Positions 1 to 11,138 are shown, counted from the stretch's first letter. The stretch: 64,000 nucleotides of DNA from an uncultured delta proteobacterium (GCA_963816395.1 CAWFKQ010000005.1:448001-512000), one strand, 5' to 3'. Translations and numbers: made by a program. Notes: a model not told the origin generated them from the letters alone.

Positions 1-548
1 TTTTTGGCGATGATCTGCGGCGGCTGCGAGAATTCCACCCGCGGCAACTTGCTGGCCCGCTCAAACAGGGCTTCGGCCGAAATGATCAGCCCCGGAGCGA
101 TGGCTCCCCCCTCGTACTCCCCGCGGCCGGTGATGAAATCGAAAGTAGTAGCGGTGCCGAAATCGACGATGATCAGGCTGCGCCGGTACTTCTCGAAGGC
201 GGCGACGGCATTGACGATGCGGTCGGCCCCAACCTCCCGCGGGTTGTCGTAGTGAATCGGCATCCCCGTACGGATCCCGGGACCGACGATGTAGGGCTTG
301 CGCCGGAAGTACTCGGCGCACAACCCCTCGAGAGTACCGAGCATGGGAGGAACGACGCAGGAAATGATGATATCCCGGATGTCGGTGAAATGAAGGTCGG
401 AAAGGCGGAAGAGTTCGTGGATGACCATCGCATACTCATCCACGGTACGGGATTTGTCAGTGGTGACCCGCCAGTTGCGCACCAGCGCGGTGTCGCGATA
501 GATGCCGAGAACGGTATTGGTGTTGCCGACGTCGATGACCAGGAGCAT
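1..548 (-). CDS. coaX: Type III pantothenate kinase (3' end runs off the window)
   Basis: Manual translation from ATG at 548 gives [15 protein letters not shown]...[11 protein letters not shown]...[11 protein letters not shown]...GGAIAPG, the CoaX motifs. Lies downstream of birA. Confidence 0.93.
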   Translation of the reverse strand, partial: MLLVIDVGNTNTVLGIYRDTALVRNWRVTTDKSRTVDEYAMVIHELFRLSDLHFTDIRDIIISCVVPPMLGTLEGLCAEYFRRKPYIVGPGIRTGMPIHYDNPREVGADRIVNAVAAFEKYRRSLIIVDFGTATTFDFITGRGEYEGGAIAPGLIISAEALFERASKLPRVEFSQPPQIIAK

Positions 549-731
549 GGATGGACTCGAAAGTGGGGAGTTAGCTTAAACGCAAGAATAAGTGAAAAAA
601 CCGCTCTGTTCCGAAAAGTTCACTGAAATACCGAATGACATCAAACTGGGTCTCAGCGACTCTGTGTCAAAGCCTTATTCTCTACATAGTCTGTCCTGAA
701 GAACTTCGGCTTAAGGCCCAAAAAAATGGGT

Positions 732-833
732 AACGCAAAGACGCAAAGCTGAGAATCAAGGCGCAGAGAAAATCCGTAAGACTGTTTGCTTTACATCCTT
801 TGCGACTTTCATTTCCCTTTGCGCCTTGGCGTT
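732..833. repeat. ~102-bp palindromic dispersed repeat, copy 1
   Basis: Ends AACGCAAAGACGCAAAG...CTTTGCGCCTTGGCGTT form an imperfect 17-bp inverted repeat. A near-identical copy is at 54991-55093. Confidence 0.9.
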
Positions 834-918
834 AAGACGCTGGTTTCATTTTCTTCGGGTGTGCCGCAGGCACATGTTGGACCTGTTGAAAATTGTGTCG
901 AAACCGAATGCAGAAAAA

Positions 919-1899
919 TCAGTTCACCGGCCGGACATCCCCGGCCAGAATGCGTTCGGAGGCGCCATCCGGCAGCCGCAGCAGCAGGGCGCCGTCGGCA
1001 TCCAACCCCTCGACAATGCCGCGCAGCCGGCGGTTCTGGCAGTCGACATCCGCCTCCCGCCCGACCATATCGAAAAAACTTTCCCAGGCATGCAGCAGCG
1101 GGGGAAATCCCTTGGTCAGGAAAAGCCCGTACAGGTCGTCCAGGTGAATCAGCAGGGAGCGGGTGAAAGCCAGACGCGAAACCGGCTCTCCCGTCTCCAG
1201 AGCCACCGAAGTGGCCGGATATCGCAGGTCCGCCGGAAACTGGTCGGCGTGCATGTTGAGGTTGACCCCAATGCCGAGGACGACGAAATGCACCCTTTCC
1301 GTCTCGGCATTCAGCTCGTTGAGCAGGCCTGCCACCTTCTTGCCACCGAGCAGGATGTCGTTGGGCCATTTGACGTGCGCCTGCAGTCCGGTCGTTTCCT
1401 CGATGGCCCGGGCCACCGCCACCGCCGAAAGAAAGGTGAGCTGGGCAGCCCAGCGGGGGGGAATGGGCGGGCGCAGCAGCACCGAGGCGTAAAGGTTCAC
1501 ACCCGCCGGGGAAACCCATCGTCTGCCCAGGCGACCCTTACCGGCGCTCTGCCGGTCGGCAATGACCACCGTCCCCTCGGCCGCCCCTTCCTCGCCCAGT
1601 GCCAGTGCCCGCAGGTTGGTCGAATCGGTTTCTTCGAAATAGACAACCTCGCGTCCCAACAGGCGGCCTTCAAGTCCGGTCTTCACCTCGGCCGGGCGCA
1701 GGGAATCGGGGGTTGTGAGCAGGCGGTAGCCCTTGGAGGGAAGCGCCTCTATTGCATACCCCTGCTCCCGCAGCAGGCCGACCTGTTTCCAGACAGCGGT
1801 GCGGGATACTCCTATGAGCCGGCTCAGTTCCTCACCGGAGACGAATCCCTGGCGTTCACGGAACAGTCGGAGAATCTCTTCGGGCGCGTTTCGACCCAT
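919..1899 (-). CDS. birA: Bifunctional biotin--[acetyl-CoA carboxylase] ligase / repressor
   Basis: N-terminal HTH (SGEELSRLIGVSRTAVWKQV), GKGRLGRRW, KWPND, KKVAGLL, GIGVN motifs. Confidence 0.95.
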   Translation of the reverse strand: MGRNAPEEILRLFRERQGFVSGEELSRLIGVSRTAVWKQVGLLREQGYAIEALPSKGYRLLTTPDSLRPAEVKTGLEGRLLGREVVYFEETDSTNLRALALGEEGAAEGTVVIADRQSAGKGRLGRRWVSPAGVNLYASVLLRPPIPPRWAAQLTFLSAVAVARAIEETTGLQAHVKWPNDILLGGKKVAGLLNELNAETERVHFVVLGIGVNLNMHADQFPADLRYPATSVALETGEPVSRLAFTRSLLIHLDDLYGLFLTKGFPPLLHAWESFFDMVGREADVDCQNRRLRGIVEGLDADGALLLRLPDGASERILAGDVRPVN

Positions 1900-1908
1900 C
1901 CAAACGTC

Positions 1909-2733
1909 CTATTGAAAAAGCATGGAGATGTCCACCGCCCGGAAGGAATGGGTGAGCGCCCCGACGGAAATGAAGTCGACGCCGGTTTCGGCAATGCTGC
2001 GCACGGATTCCAGGTTGACGCCGCCGGAGGCTTCGGTAAGGGCCCGGCCCTCGACCATCTGCACCGCCCGGCGCAGCGTCTCGACGTCCATGTTATCCAG
2101 GAGAATAATATCGGCTTCCGCCGCCAGCGCCTGCTGCACCTCCGGCAGATCGCGGGTTTCCACTTCGACCTTGAGGGTGTGGGGGGCGCCGGAGCGGGCC
2201 CGCCGCACCGCCTCGGCTATGCCGCCGGCAGCGACGATGTGATTTTCCTTGATGAGAATTCCGTCGTAGAGAGCGGTACGGTGATTTCGCCCGCCCCCCG
2301 TGCGCACGGAGTACTTTTCCAGCACGCGCAGGCCCGGGGTGGTCTTGCGGGTATCGACAATGGCTGCCCCGGTTCCTTCGACGGCATGGACGAACTGAGC
2401 GGTCAGGGTGGCGATGCCGCTCATGCGCTGCAGCAGGTTGAGAGCTACCCGCTCACCCTGGAGCAAGGAGGCCGCTTCCCCTTTCAGCCAGGCCAGCACC
2501 TCCCCGCGGCGCACCGCCTGTCCGTCTTCTTTAAGTTTTTCGAAAGCGACCGCGTCATCTAGAAGATAGAAGACCCGACCGGCCGCGTCAATTCCGGAGA
2601 GAACGAAATCTTCTTTCGCTATCAACTGCGCCCGACCGGGGGTTCCCGCCGCGACCACCGCCGTCGTGGTTATATCGCCGGGGCCGATATCCTCCTCCAA
2701 GGCGGTGCGGATAATGCGATCGATGGCAAGCAT
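1909..2733 (-). CDS. nadC: Nicotinate-nucleotide pyrophosphorylase (quinolinate phosphoribosyltransferase)
   Basis: EDIGPGDITT, DTRKTTPG, HR..LYDGILIKENH, EVE, LLDN, EASGG motifs. Start could be 2733 or 2745. Confidence 0.95.
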   Translation of the reverse strand: MLAIDRIIRTALEEDIGPGDITTTAVVAAGTPGRAQLIAKEDFVLSGIDAAGRVFYLLDDAVAFEKLKEDGQAVRRGEVLAWLKGEAASLLQGERVALNLLQRMSGIATLTAQFVHAVEGTGAAIVDTRKTTPGLRVLEKYSVRTGGGRNHRTALYDGILIKENHIVAAGGIAEAVRRARSGAPHTLKVEVETRDLPEVQQALAAEADIILLDNMDVETLRRAVQMVEGRALTEASGGVNLESVRSIAETGVDFISVGALTHSFRAVDISMLFQ

Positions 2734-2933
2734 CCAGTTTCTCAACTCCCTGGTTTCACAGCCCGCAGATAGCTTCTTACCTGGTCCATTAAGTTATTGA
2801 AATGCCATTTTATACCATAGCCGCAACAGCCCCCGCAACGGAAAAGCCGGACCGGCGGAAAAACAAATCCTCTTTACTTTTTCCGGGTTTCTGTTAAAAA
2901 AGGGGTCACTTTCAGCCATCTGGAAAGGACGAT

Positions 2934-3152
2934 ATGAAACCAAAGATCGACAAACCCCTCGTCTGTCCCAACTGCTTCGGCACCGATTACCGGGAAGTCC
3001 TGGCGACCCCTACTTCCCGCAACATCGTCGAGGACGACTCCGTCCCCGCCGGCAAAGAATCGGGTCTGAGCGAGGGGAAACGCAAGGAAGTGGTCAAGCT
3101 TTTCTGCAATCACTGCGGGCATGAACTGCACCGCCAGGGGAATCGAGCCTGA
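2934..3152 (+). CDS. Small Zn-ribbon-like hypothetical protein
   Basis: 72 aa with CPNC...CNHC pairs; AAGGA RBS upstream. Confidence 0.6.
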   Translation: MKPKIDKPLVCPNCFGTDYREVLATPTSRNIVEDDSVPAGKESGLSEGKRKEVVKLFCNHCGHELHRQGNRA

Positions 3153-3187
3153 GTTCCCGGATTGCTATCGCCCCAAGGAGAATTGCC

Positions 3188-4109
3188 GTGCGTCTGTCCC
3201 GTACTTTCCTGCCTTTGTTCATTGTCTTTCTCTTTCTCGCCGGCTGCGTCAGCAAGTCTACCTACCTGCAGCAGGTGGAAGAAGCGAATCGCCTGTCCGG
3301 CACGGTCCAGGATCTGCAGGCTGAAATGAGCAGGCTGCAAAAAGAAAAGGAAGCACTGAGCGCCCGCAATGAGGATCTTGATCAGAAGTTGACCGAAGCG
3401 ATGGCGACAAGTTCCGGCTTCCAGCAGGACCTGGTGCGCGCCCGGGCCGATCTCGATCGCCTGGAAAAGGTGCTCTCCGCCCGCAGCGCCGAAACCGGTA
3501 AGGCAATGGCTGAAATGCGTCAGAACTATCGACCGGCTGGAGGCGCAGAACCGGGATCTCGAACAGCAGGTGGAGCAGGAAAGAATCGCCCGGCAGGCCC
3601 ACGTCGCACAGATGAAGAGCACCTACGACGAACTGGTGCAGAAGATGGAGACGGAAATCGCCCGCGGCGAAGTGACCATCTCCGATCTGCAGGGGAAGCT
3701 CACGGTCAATATGGTGGAACGCATCCTTTTCGATACCGGCAAAGCCGAGATCAAGCCGGCCGGTCTTGAAGTCCTGCACCGGGTCGGGGATATCCTGAAG
3801 GGGACACAGGACAAGGACATCCGCATCGAGGGGTACACCGACAATATTCCCATCAGCTCCAAGCTGCAGCAGACCTTCCCCTCGAACTGGGAACTTTCCA
3901 CCGCCCGGGCCGCCAACGTGGTGCATTTTCTTCAGGACAAGGTCAGCATTCCCGGCGAACGCCTCTCGGCCTGCGGCTTCGGCCAATTCCGACCGGTGGC
4001 CGACAACGATACCCCGGAGGGGCGGGCACAGAACCGTCGCATTCAGGTGGTACTGGTACCCGCCGAAGGGAAGATCGTGAAGCCGCTGGCAAGCGGCGGC
4101 GGAAAATAA
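3188..4109 (+). CDS. OmpA/MotB-family peptidoglycan-binding lipoprotein with coiled coil (one frameshift near 3525)
   Basis: Lipobox LAGC, coiled-coil heptads, C-terminal IEGYTDN, SNWELSTARA, NRRI. Spans ORFs 3188-3769 and 3570-4109. Confidence 0.85.
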
Positions 4110-4130
4110 AGAAGCAGGAATCAGGACGGA

Positions 4131-4160
4131 AAGGGTGGGCGGATTCGCTCACCCTTTTTT
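4131..4160 (+). terminator. Intrinsic terminator, probably bidirectional
   Basis: AAGGGTGGGCG-GATT-CGCTCACCC-TTTTTT between convergent genes. Confidence 0.8.
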
Positions 4161-4192
4161 GTTGCCTGCTGCTGGCTGCGGACAGCCGATCG

Positions 4193-5469
4193 TCAACCGC
4201 TGCTCAGCTCGCGCAGCACCATTCTCCGCAGGCTGGCGAAACCGGCATAGCCGGCCCCGCCCAGCAGCCGGGACGGAATCGCCTCGCAATGGGAAACGAG
4301 AATGGTTTCCCGGAAGAATTCACCGGCGGAGCGGCCCGTAACTCCCTGGAGAAAAGGGGCGAAGGGGAGTTCTTCGCCGGCCGCGACGGCATCGGCCGAA
4401 CGCTTCCCCAAAGCATCGAACAGGTGCAGCCGGAGGTTGCCCTCCGGACCGGCCAGACCGGCTCCGTCGAAGGTGAGCACCAGCATCCCGCCCGCTTCCG
4501 GGGGTGGCACCTCGGTCCCGGCAAGCATGGCAGCCAGACAGGAGCGATGCAGGAGCCCGAGGCGGCGGCGGCGCAGATCCTGGAAGAGATGTCCGGCTCT
4601 CCCCGCCGCCGCGCGCTCCGGCAGAGCGGGCATTCCGCCTGCAGCCGGCGGCGGCGCCCGGGGGGCAGTTCCTCCGGCAGGGAATGGGGCCGGCTCCCCG
4701 CCGGTGAATCCTGGTGCTGCTGCAGGACGAAATCGGCCAGTTCGCGAAACTGCCGGTGAACAGCGGTTCCCCGGGCATGCGTGATGACCGGGTGGATACG
4801 GCTGGAGAAACCGGTGGCCAGCCCTTCCACCTTGGGACTTTTGGCTATCCAGGTGTCGATGACCTGATAGTCCCGTTCGCGGGCGGCGAAAGTGAGGAAT
4901 TCCCGCACGCCGATATCGGCGCGCAAGCGCAGCCGGGCATCGATCAGACTGGGCAGGAGCCAGACCCGGGCGGGGTCACCCTCGCCTTCCCGGATCACCC
5001 GCAGCAGGGAGGCGACGTTGACCAGGGAGGGACGATCCTTCACCGGCACCAGGACGAGATCGGCGGCGAGCAGGGCATTGCGGGTGAAATAGTCGATGAT
5101 GGGACGGGTGTCGAAAATCAGGATGCCGCGCAGGCCGGAACGGCCGAGAGCCCGGCGCAGATGCTGCGGATCGTCATCGGGAGCCTGCAACTCGCGCTCG
5201 GAGGCGAGGAACTGCACCCCGTATTCCCCCAGGCCGGTCAGTTCGCCGGCAGCAGTGCCAGCAAAGAGACCCGCCACCGAGCGCCCCCGGTGGCCACCGA
5301 TGGCGAACATGTGGTCGATGCTGAAGTGGTTGTCGAAGGAGGCGATGGTTACCGGCAGATCCTCGCGCAGGGCCTTGAGGTAGACGGCCAGGTTGGTGGC
5401 GATGGTGGTCTTGCCGACCCCCCCTTTTTCGCTCGCCACCGTGACCACGAACAGGCCCGCCTCGTCCAT
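4193..5469 (-). CDS. ParA/MinD-family ATPase with C-terminal Cys-containing extension (frameshift near 4600)
   Basis: MDEAGLFVVTVASEKGGVGKTT deviant Walker A; IFDTRP Walker B. The C-terminus most plausibly continues in ORF 4193-4633. Confidence 0.8.
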
Positions 5470-5507
5470 CCGATCCTCTCGCAGGTTATCGAAAAATAGA
5501 TTTTCTC

Positions 5508-5627
5508 GGCTGAGCAAAAATGCCCAGAGGCAAGGCGCCTGAAATCCTGAGGAATAAGGCGTACCTGGAAGGTACGTCGTTGACGAAGGATGAGGGCAAC
5601 GCCGCAGATGGGCGTTTTTCATCAGCC
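5508..5627. repeat. MITE-like intergenic element with imperfect terminal inverted repeats
   Basis: GGCTGAGCAAAAATGCCCA ... TGGGCGTTTTTCATCAGCC (16/19 inverted match), internal palindrome CGTACC-TGGAA-GGTACG, no coding capacity. Confidence 0.7.
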
Positions 5628-5630
5628 TGG

Positions 5631-7553
5631 CTAAGCCGCCTGCAGGCTCTCCCAGCGCTGATAAAGCCCGGCGATGGCTTCCTGCAGTTCGGCATGACGG
5701 GCGGACACCTCCCGCCAGCGATCGACATCCTGGTAAAGGGGGGGATCGGCCATCCGCTCCTTCGAGTGTGGCCAGTTCCGCTTCCAGCTTTTCGATCTGT
5801 TCCTCCACCTCCGCCAGCTCCTTCTGCCGCCGTTTTTCCTGGCGCTGTTCTTCCTTGCGCTCCGCATGTTCCCGCCGCCGCTCCTCCTTGCCGGCCGCCG
5901 CCCCGACGGTTGCCGCCTCGGCCCGCCGTTCCACCCGCAGCGTCCGAATGGCCGGCTTCCCCGGATGCCGACTTGGTCTGCAGAAAATCTTCGTAGTTGC
6001 CGAGATGGGAGGTGATGCGGCCGCCCGCCACCTCGACCACCCGGGTGGCCAGGGCGTCGACGAAATAGCGGTCGTGGGAGACGAAGACCAGGGTGCCGCC
6101 GTAGCTCTTCAGGGCATCGAGAAGAACTTCCTTGGACTGCAGATCGAGATGATTGGTCGGTTCATCGAGCAGCAGCAGGTTGGCCGGACGCAGCAGCAGG
6201 ATGGCCAGGGCCAGCCGGTTGCGTTCACCGCCGGAGAGCACCGATACTTTCTTGTGCACGTCATCGCCGGAGAAGAGGAAAGTGCCGAGGATGTCGCGCA
6301 CCCGCGGCACCATGTCGAAGGGCGCGGCGGTGGTGATCTCTTCGAGGAGGGTACGGCCGGGATCGAGCACCTTCGCCTGGTCCTGGGCGAAGTAGGCCAG
6401 GTGCAGATTATGCCCCTCGACCGCGCTGGCCGCGGCGCGGCGGTTCATTTCCCGCCAGAAGCCGCATCAGGGTCGACTTGCCGGCGCCGTTGGCACCCAC
6501 CAGGGCGACCCGCTCCCCCTGCTCGACGGTCAGGTCGACGCCGGTCAGGACGGTACGATCGCCGTATCCCTGTTCCACCCCCTGGAGTTCCAGGGACCGC
6601 CGCCCCCCCTTGGGCGGCGCGGGGAAGCGGAAAGCGATCCGCCGGCGGGCCGGCGGCACCTGGATGCGCTCGATCTTCTCCAGCTGCTTGACCCGGCTCT
6701 GCACCAGCGAGGCCTTGTTCGCCTGGTAGCGGAAGCGGCTGATGAAAGCCTCGATGCGGGCGATCTCCTCATCCTGGCGGGCCTTCGCCTCCAGCAGGGC
6801 GCCGACCCGCCGCTCCCGCTCCTCCAGGTAGCGGCTGTAACTGCCCGGGTACTCGGTCAGGGTGCCGTTCCACACCTCGACGATCCGGGTCACCACCTGG
6901 TCGAGAAAGAAGCGATCGTGGGAGACCAGCACGACGGCATGCGGGTAGGCGGCCAGATACCCTTCCAGCCAGTCGCGCGCCGGCAGGTCGAGGTGGTTGG
7001 TCGGTTCGTCGAGCAGCAGCAGGTTGGGGCGCTGCAGCAGCAGGCGGGCGAGGGCGATCCGCATCTGCCAACCGCCGCTGAAATGCTCGCACGGCTTCTC
7101 CCAGTCCTCTTCGGCGAAGCCGAGGCCGCGCAGCACCTTGGCGACTTCCGCCTCCATGCTGTAGCCGCCGCGTTGCCGGAAGAGTTCCTGCAGCGTGGCA
7201 TAGCGGTCGAGATCCTCGGCGGCATGGCGCTCGGCAATAGCCTTCTCCAGGCTCCCAAGTTCGGCCTCCATGCGCAACAATTCGCCGAGGGCGGCATGCA
7301 CCTCGGCGAACAGGGAACGGCCGCGGTGTTCCAGACCGTCCTGGGGGAGATAACCGAAGGTTATCCCCCGGGCGACCTGCACCTCCCCGGCGTCCGCCGA
7401 CACCTCCCCGGCGAGCAGACGCAGCAGGGTCGTTTTACCCGCCCCGTTCTCCCCGCAAAGACCGATCCGGTCCCCCGGCCGAAGATGCCAGTTTATGCCG
7501 GCGAATAACCGTCGCCCGGCGAAATCCTTGACGATATCTCGCAACTGAAGCAT
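5631..7553 (-). CDS. ABC-F family ATP-binding protein (frameshifts near 6430, 5945, 5760)
   Basis: Two NBDs (GENGAGKTT/FSGGWQ/LLLDEPTNHLD and GANGAGKST/LSGGERNR/DEPTNHLD), no TM segments, C-terminal coiled coil ending ERMADP...YQRWESL. Confidence 0.9.
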
Positions 7554-7860
7554 GGCCCTTTTATAGCATAGGCAAGCCACCGGTTAAAACCGCGAAATGC
7601 ACTCCCATTCGCCCATTTCCTCTATTCAAAACAGTTAATATCTGCTACAGTTTCACGTTTTGAAGGGTTCTATCCCCTTCCGACTGAACCGGGCCACAGC
7701 GGCCCTATTCATAAGAGAGAATCGGCTCTGGCTCCTGGAAGAGTGGTTTGCTGGCGGTACGAACGCCCGGCAGCCGCCACCGGGCCGGTCCGGCGTGCAG
7801 GAATTACCACCTGCTTAACTCATTGCAGGTCGCTCCACCGGGGCGGCTGGAAGGATTTAC

Positions 7861-10395
7861 ATGGCCAAAAAGATGTTGATCAATGCCACCCATCCGGAGG
7901 AAAACCGGGTGGCCATTGTCGAGGACGGTATCCTTACCGAGCTCGACATCGAGATCGCCGGCAAGGAACAGACCAGGGGGAACATTTACAAGGCGGCGGT
8001 GGTGCGGGTGGAACCCGGGCTGCAGGCCGCCTTCATCGATTATGGGGGAGAACGCTTCGGCTTCCTGCAGATGGGGGAAATCCATCCCTCCTACTTCCGC
8101 GACGGCGAAGGACGCAACGGGGGGGAGGCCAGGCGCCCGCGCATCAACGATGTGCTGAGGCGGGGGCAGGAACTTCTGGTGCAGGTAGTCAAGGAAGAAA
8201 GAGGGACCAAGGGCGCCGCCCTCACCACCTTCATCTCCCTCCCCGGACGCTTCATGGTGCTGATGCCGGAGAGCGATACCAAGGGGGTATCGCGGAAGAT
8301 CGAGGAAGAATCCCAGCGCAAGAAGCTGAAGGAAGCGATGGCTTCCCTCGATCTGCCCCCCAATATGGGTTACATCGTCCGCACGGCCGGGATCGGGCAG
8401 AAAAAGGAGGAACTGCGCCGCGATTTCAATTACCTGGTGCGGGTCTGGGAGAAGATCGGTTTGGAAGCCCGCCAGGCCAAGGCACCCGCCCTGATCTACA
8501 AGGAATCGAACCTGGTCATCCGCTCCATCCGCGACTATTTCGCCGCGGAAATGGACGAGGTGCTGGTGGATGATCCGCGGGTCTACCAGGAGGCAAAGGA
8601 TTTCTTCCAGCAGGTCATGCCGGAGTTTGCCCGCCTGGTCAAGCTGCACCAGGAAAAACGGCCTATTTTCGCCCGCTACCAGATTGAAGAGCAGATCGAG
8701 ACGATCAGCAAGAACAAGGTTCCCCTGCCTTCCGGCGGCTCGATCGTCATCGATGCCACGGAGGCGCTGGTGGCGGTCGATGTCAACTCCGGCAAGATGG
8801 CCGGAGAACAGAACATTGAGTCAACGGCGTACAAGACCAATATGGAGGCTGCCGCCGAGGCGGCTCGCCAGTTGCGCCTGCGCGATCTGGGTGGGCTGAT
8901 CGTCCTTGATTTCATCGACATGCGAGACCGCAAGCATATCCGCGAGGTGGAGAAATGCCTCAAGGATGCGCTGAAGTCGGACAAGGCGCGGGTGACGGTT
9001 GGCCGCATCAGTCAGTTTGGTCTGCTCGAAATGAGCCGGCAGCGGATCAAGGCGGCACTCGCCGAAGGGTCCTATCTTGCCTGTCCCCATTGCGGCGGCA
9101 GCGGCCGGATCAAAAGCGCCGAGGCGCAGGCGATCGCTTTCCTCCGCAAAATCCATGCGGCAGTGGCCAAGGGGCAGATCGCCCGGGTGGAAGGGGAGAT
9201 TCCCCTCGACGTCGCCACCTATCTGCTGAATATCAAAAGGGAGGAGCTGCTGGAACTGGAACGGCAGCACCTGATGACAATCGTCATCAAGGGGCGCCCC
9301 GACTTTCTCGCCGGCCAGTCCGAGTTGACAGTGCAGAAGCGGGAGAAGGAGGATCTGCCGGTCCTTGAACGGGCACCGGAACCACCCATGGAAATGCCGG
9401 CCGAAGCTCTCCCCGTCCAACAGGTTCCGGTGGAAATGCCCGTCCAATCTCCGGCCGTAACCTCCCCAGTGGAGAGTGAACAGTTGACCGCTGAACGCCT
9501 CCGCGGAAACGTCTGAAGAGCCTGGCAAAAAGAAGCGCAAGCGCCGGCGGCGGAAGAAAAAACCGGGGGAAAGCCTGGTTGCGGAGGCGGCCGGCGGGAC
9601 GGAGGAAGAGCCGATCGTCGGAACCGAGGAAGAGCCGGCCGAGGAGCCGATCGCCGAGGAGGCTCTGCCGGCTGGCGAAGAGCGGGAAGAGCGGAAAAAG
9701 AAGCGCCGCCGGCGGCGCAAGAAGAAGCCCGCCGAGCCAGTCGAGGCGACCGGGATGTCGGTCGCCGCTGCAGAGAATCCAGCGGCAGAACCGGCCGCGA
9801 CGCCGGCCGACGAGAAGATCGAAAGCGCGGCCGGGATGGAGACACCGAGCCGCCGCTAACGATCCGGTCAGCCATGGCGCCGAAGCAGCGGAGGAACTAA
9901 AACCGGCCCCCCGCAAACGTCGGCGCAGCCGGAAAAAACCCGAGGCAGCAACGGCAGCTGCCAACCCGGGCGAGTCGGCGGCAGATACCCCGCCGAATCC
10001 GGAGTCCCTCCCGCAACCGGAGACTTCTCATCCGGAATCTCTCTCTGCGCCGGAGGAGGAAAGGGCCGCCGAAACTAAGCCCGAAAAAAGCGCCCGCACG
10101 GAAAACCCGGACAAGCAAACGGGTGCAGCCCACGGCGGAGACCGCGGAAGACGTCGCGGCAACCGAGCCGACAGAAGAACCCCCCGCGGCAAAGCCCGCC
10201 CGCAAGCGGCCGGCGCGGCGCCAAGCGACAGCCAGCCCACCCCCCGCCTCCCCGGCCGCCGAGGAAATGGAGATCCCGGAGAAGCAGGCCGCGCCGGCAG
10301 CCGCTGAGACAAGTGAGAAGAAGCCGAAGCGGCGGCCACCCCGCAAAAAGGCGGCAGCCAGCCCTGAACAGGAATCAGAGGCGACGCCGGAGTAA
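7861..10395 (+). CDS. rne: Ribonuclease E (Rne/Rng) with long disordered C-terminal scaffold (frameshifts near 9500, 9850, 10120)
   Basis: GNIYKA.V.RVEPGLQAAF S1 domain, AVDVNSG, QLRLRDLGGLIVLDFIDM, Zn-link CPHCGGSG. K/R-rich and acidic tail continues in shifted frames to TAA at 10395. Confidence 0.9.
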
Positions 10396-10492
10396 ACTAG
10401 ACCAGTGAGGTAGTGAGGTAGTGTAAAAAAGATTCTACTATCTCGTTACTTACCACTTGCTATCTCACTTTTTTTGTTCTACTACTATTCTA
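10391..10492. repeat. 8-mer-periodic inverted repeat tract between convergent rne and smr
   Basis: AGTGAGGT AGTGAGGT AGTGTAAA followed by loosely complementary TTACCACT TGCTATCT CACT...ACTATTCT units; AT-rich. Confidence 0.55.
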
Positions 10493-11138
10493 TTTTTCTT
10501 TCCCGCGCAGAAACACTACCAGTGCCCCCTCGCCGCCGTAGCGCCGGGGGGCGTCCCCCCACTCGCTCACCCAGGCGCCGGCATCTCGGGCGAGGAAACG
10601 CTCCATTTCCTTCCGCAGCACCGGTTCTCCCGCCGACCCGTGACCCTTGCCGGTGATCAGCAGTACCGTTCTTTTTCCCTGGTAGACGGCATCTTCAAGG
10701 AAATAGCGGGTCTTTTCTCTCGCCCTGACACGGTCCAGGCCGTGCAGGTCCAGCTCGGCCTCCGGAACCAGTTTCCCTGCTCGCAGCAGCTTCATCCGCC
10801 GGGGGGTGGCGGAGGGCTCGACCTCTTCAGGGAGCTCGTCTGTGAAAACCGCCTCCATTTTCCCGAGGGCGGCCAGGAAGATCGCGCGGTCGTCGGCCGG
10901 CGCCGTCTCCTCAGGGGATTCAGTCGCTCCTTCGGCCGGCGCTGCTGCCGACTCCTCACTCGACTCCCTCCCTTTTCACTTGCAGGCGGGACGCCTCGCG
11001 AAGGAACAGTTCGTCCTCGTCGACCGGCGGATCAGCCGTCTCGGGCGCCGGAGTCTTCGGGGGAGAGGAAACGCAAAACCCCTTCAGTGCCTTGAAGGGG
11101 TTGCTTTGATGCTTTTTCCGCTGGCGGGACAAGTTCAC
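10490..11138 (-). CDS. Smr/MutS2 C-terminal domain endonuclease (frameshift near 10960)
   Basis: ELDLHGL, LLITGKGHGS, YGGEGALVVFL. GTG start overlaps the upstream TGA (GTGA). Confidence 0.85.

Noticed and set aside
738..760. GACGCAAAGC resembling the c-di-GMP-I (GEMM) riboswitch core
   Set aside because: It lacks the upstream GGCAAAC/GAAA-tetraloop stem and is part of the dispersed palindromic repeat.
826..2562. Long antisense ORFs (826-2562, 19337-21625, 54735-56993, 59036-61021 and others)
   Set aside because: Shadow ORFs opposite well-supported genes, as expected in high-GC DNA; no recognisable motifs.
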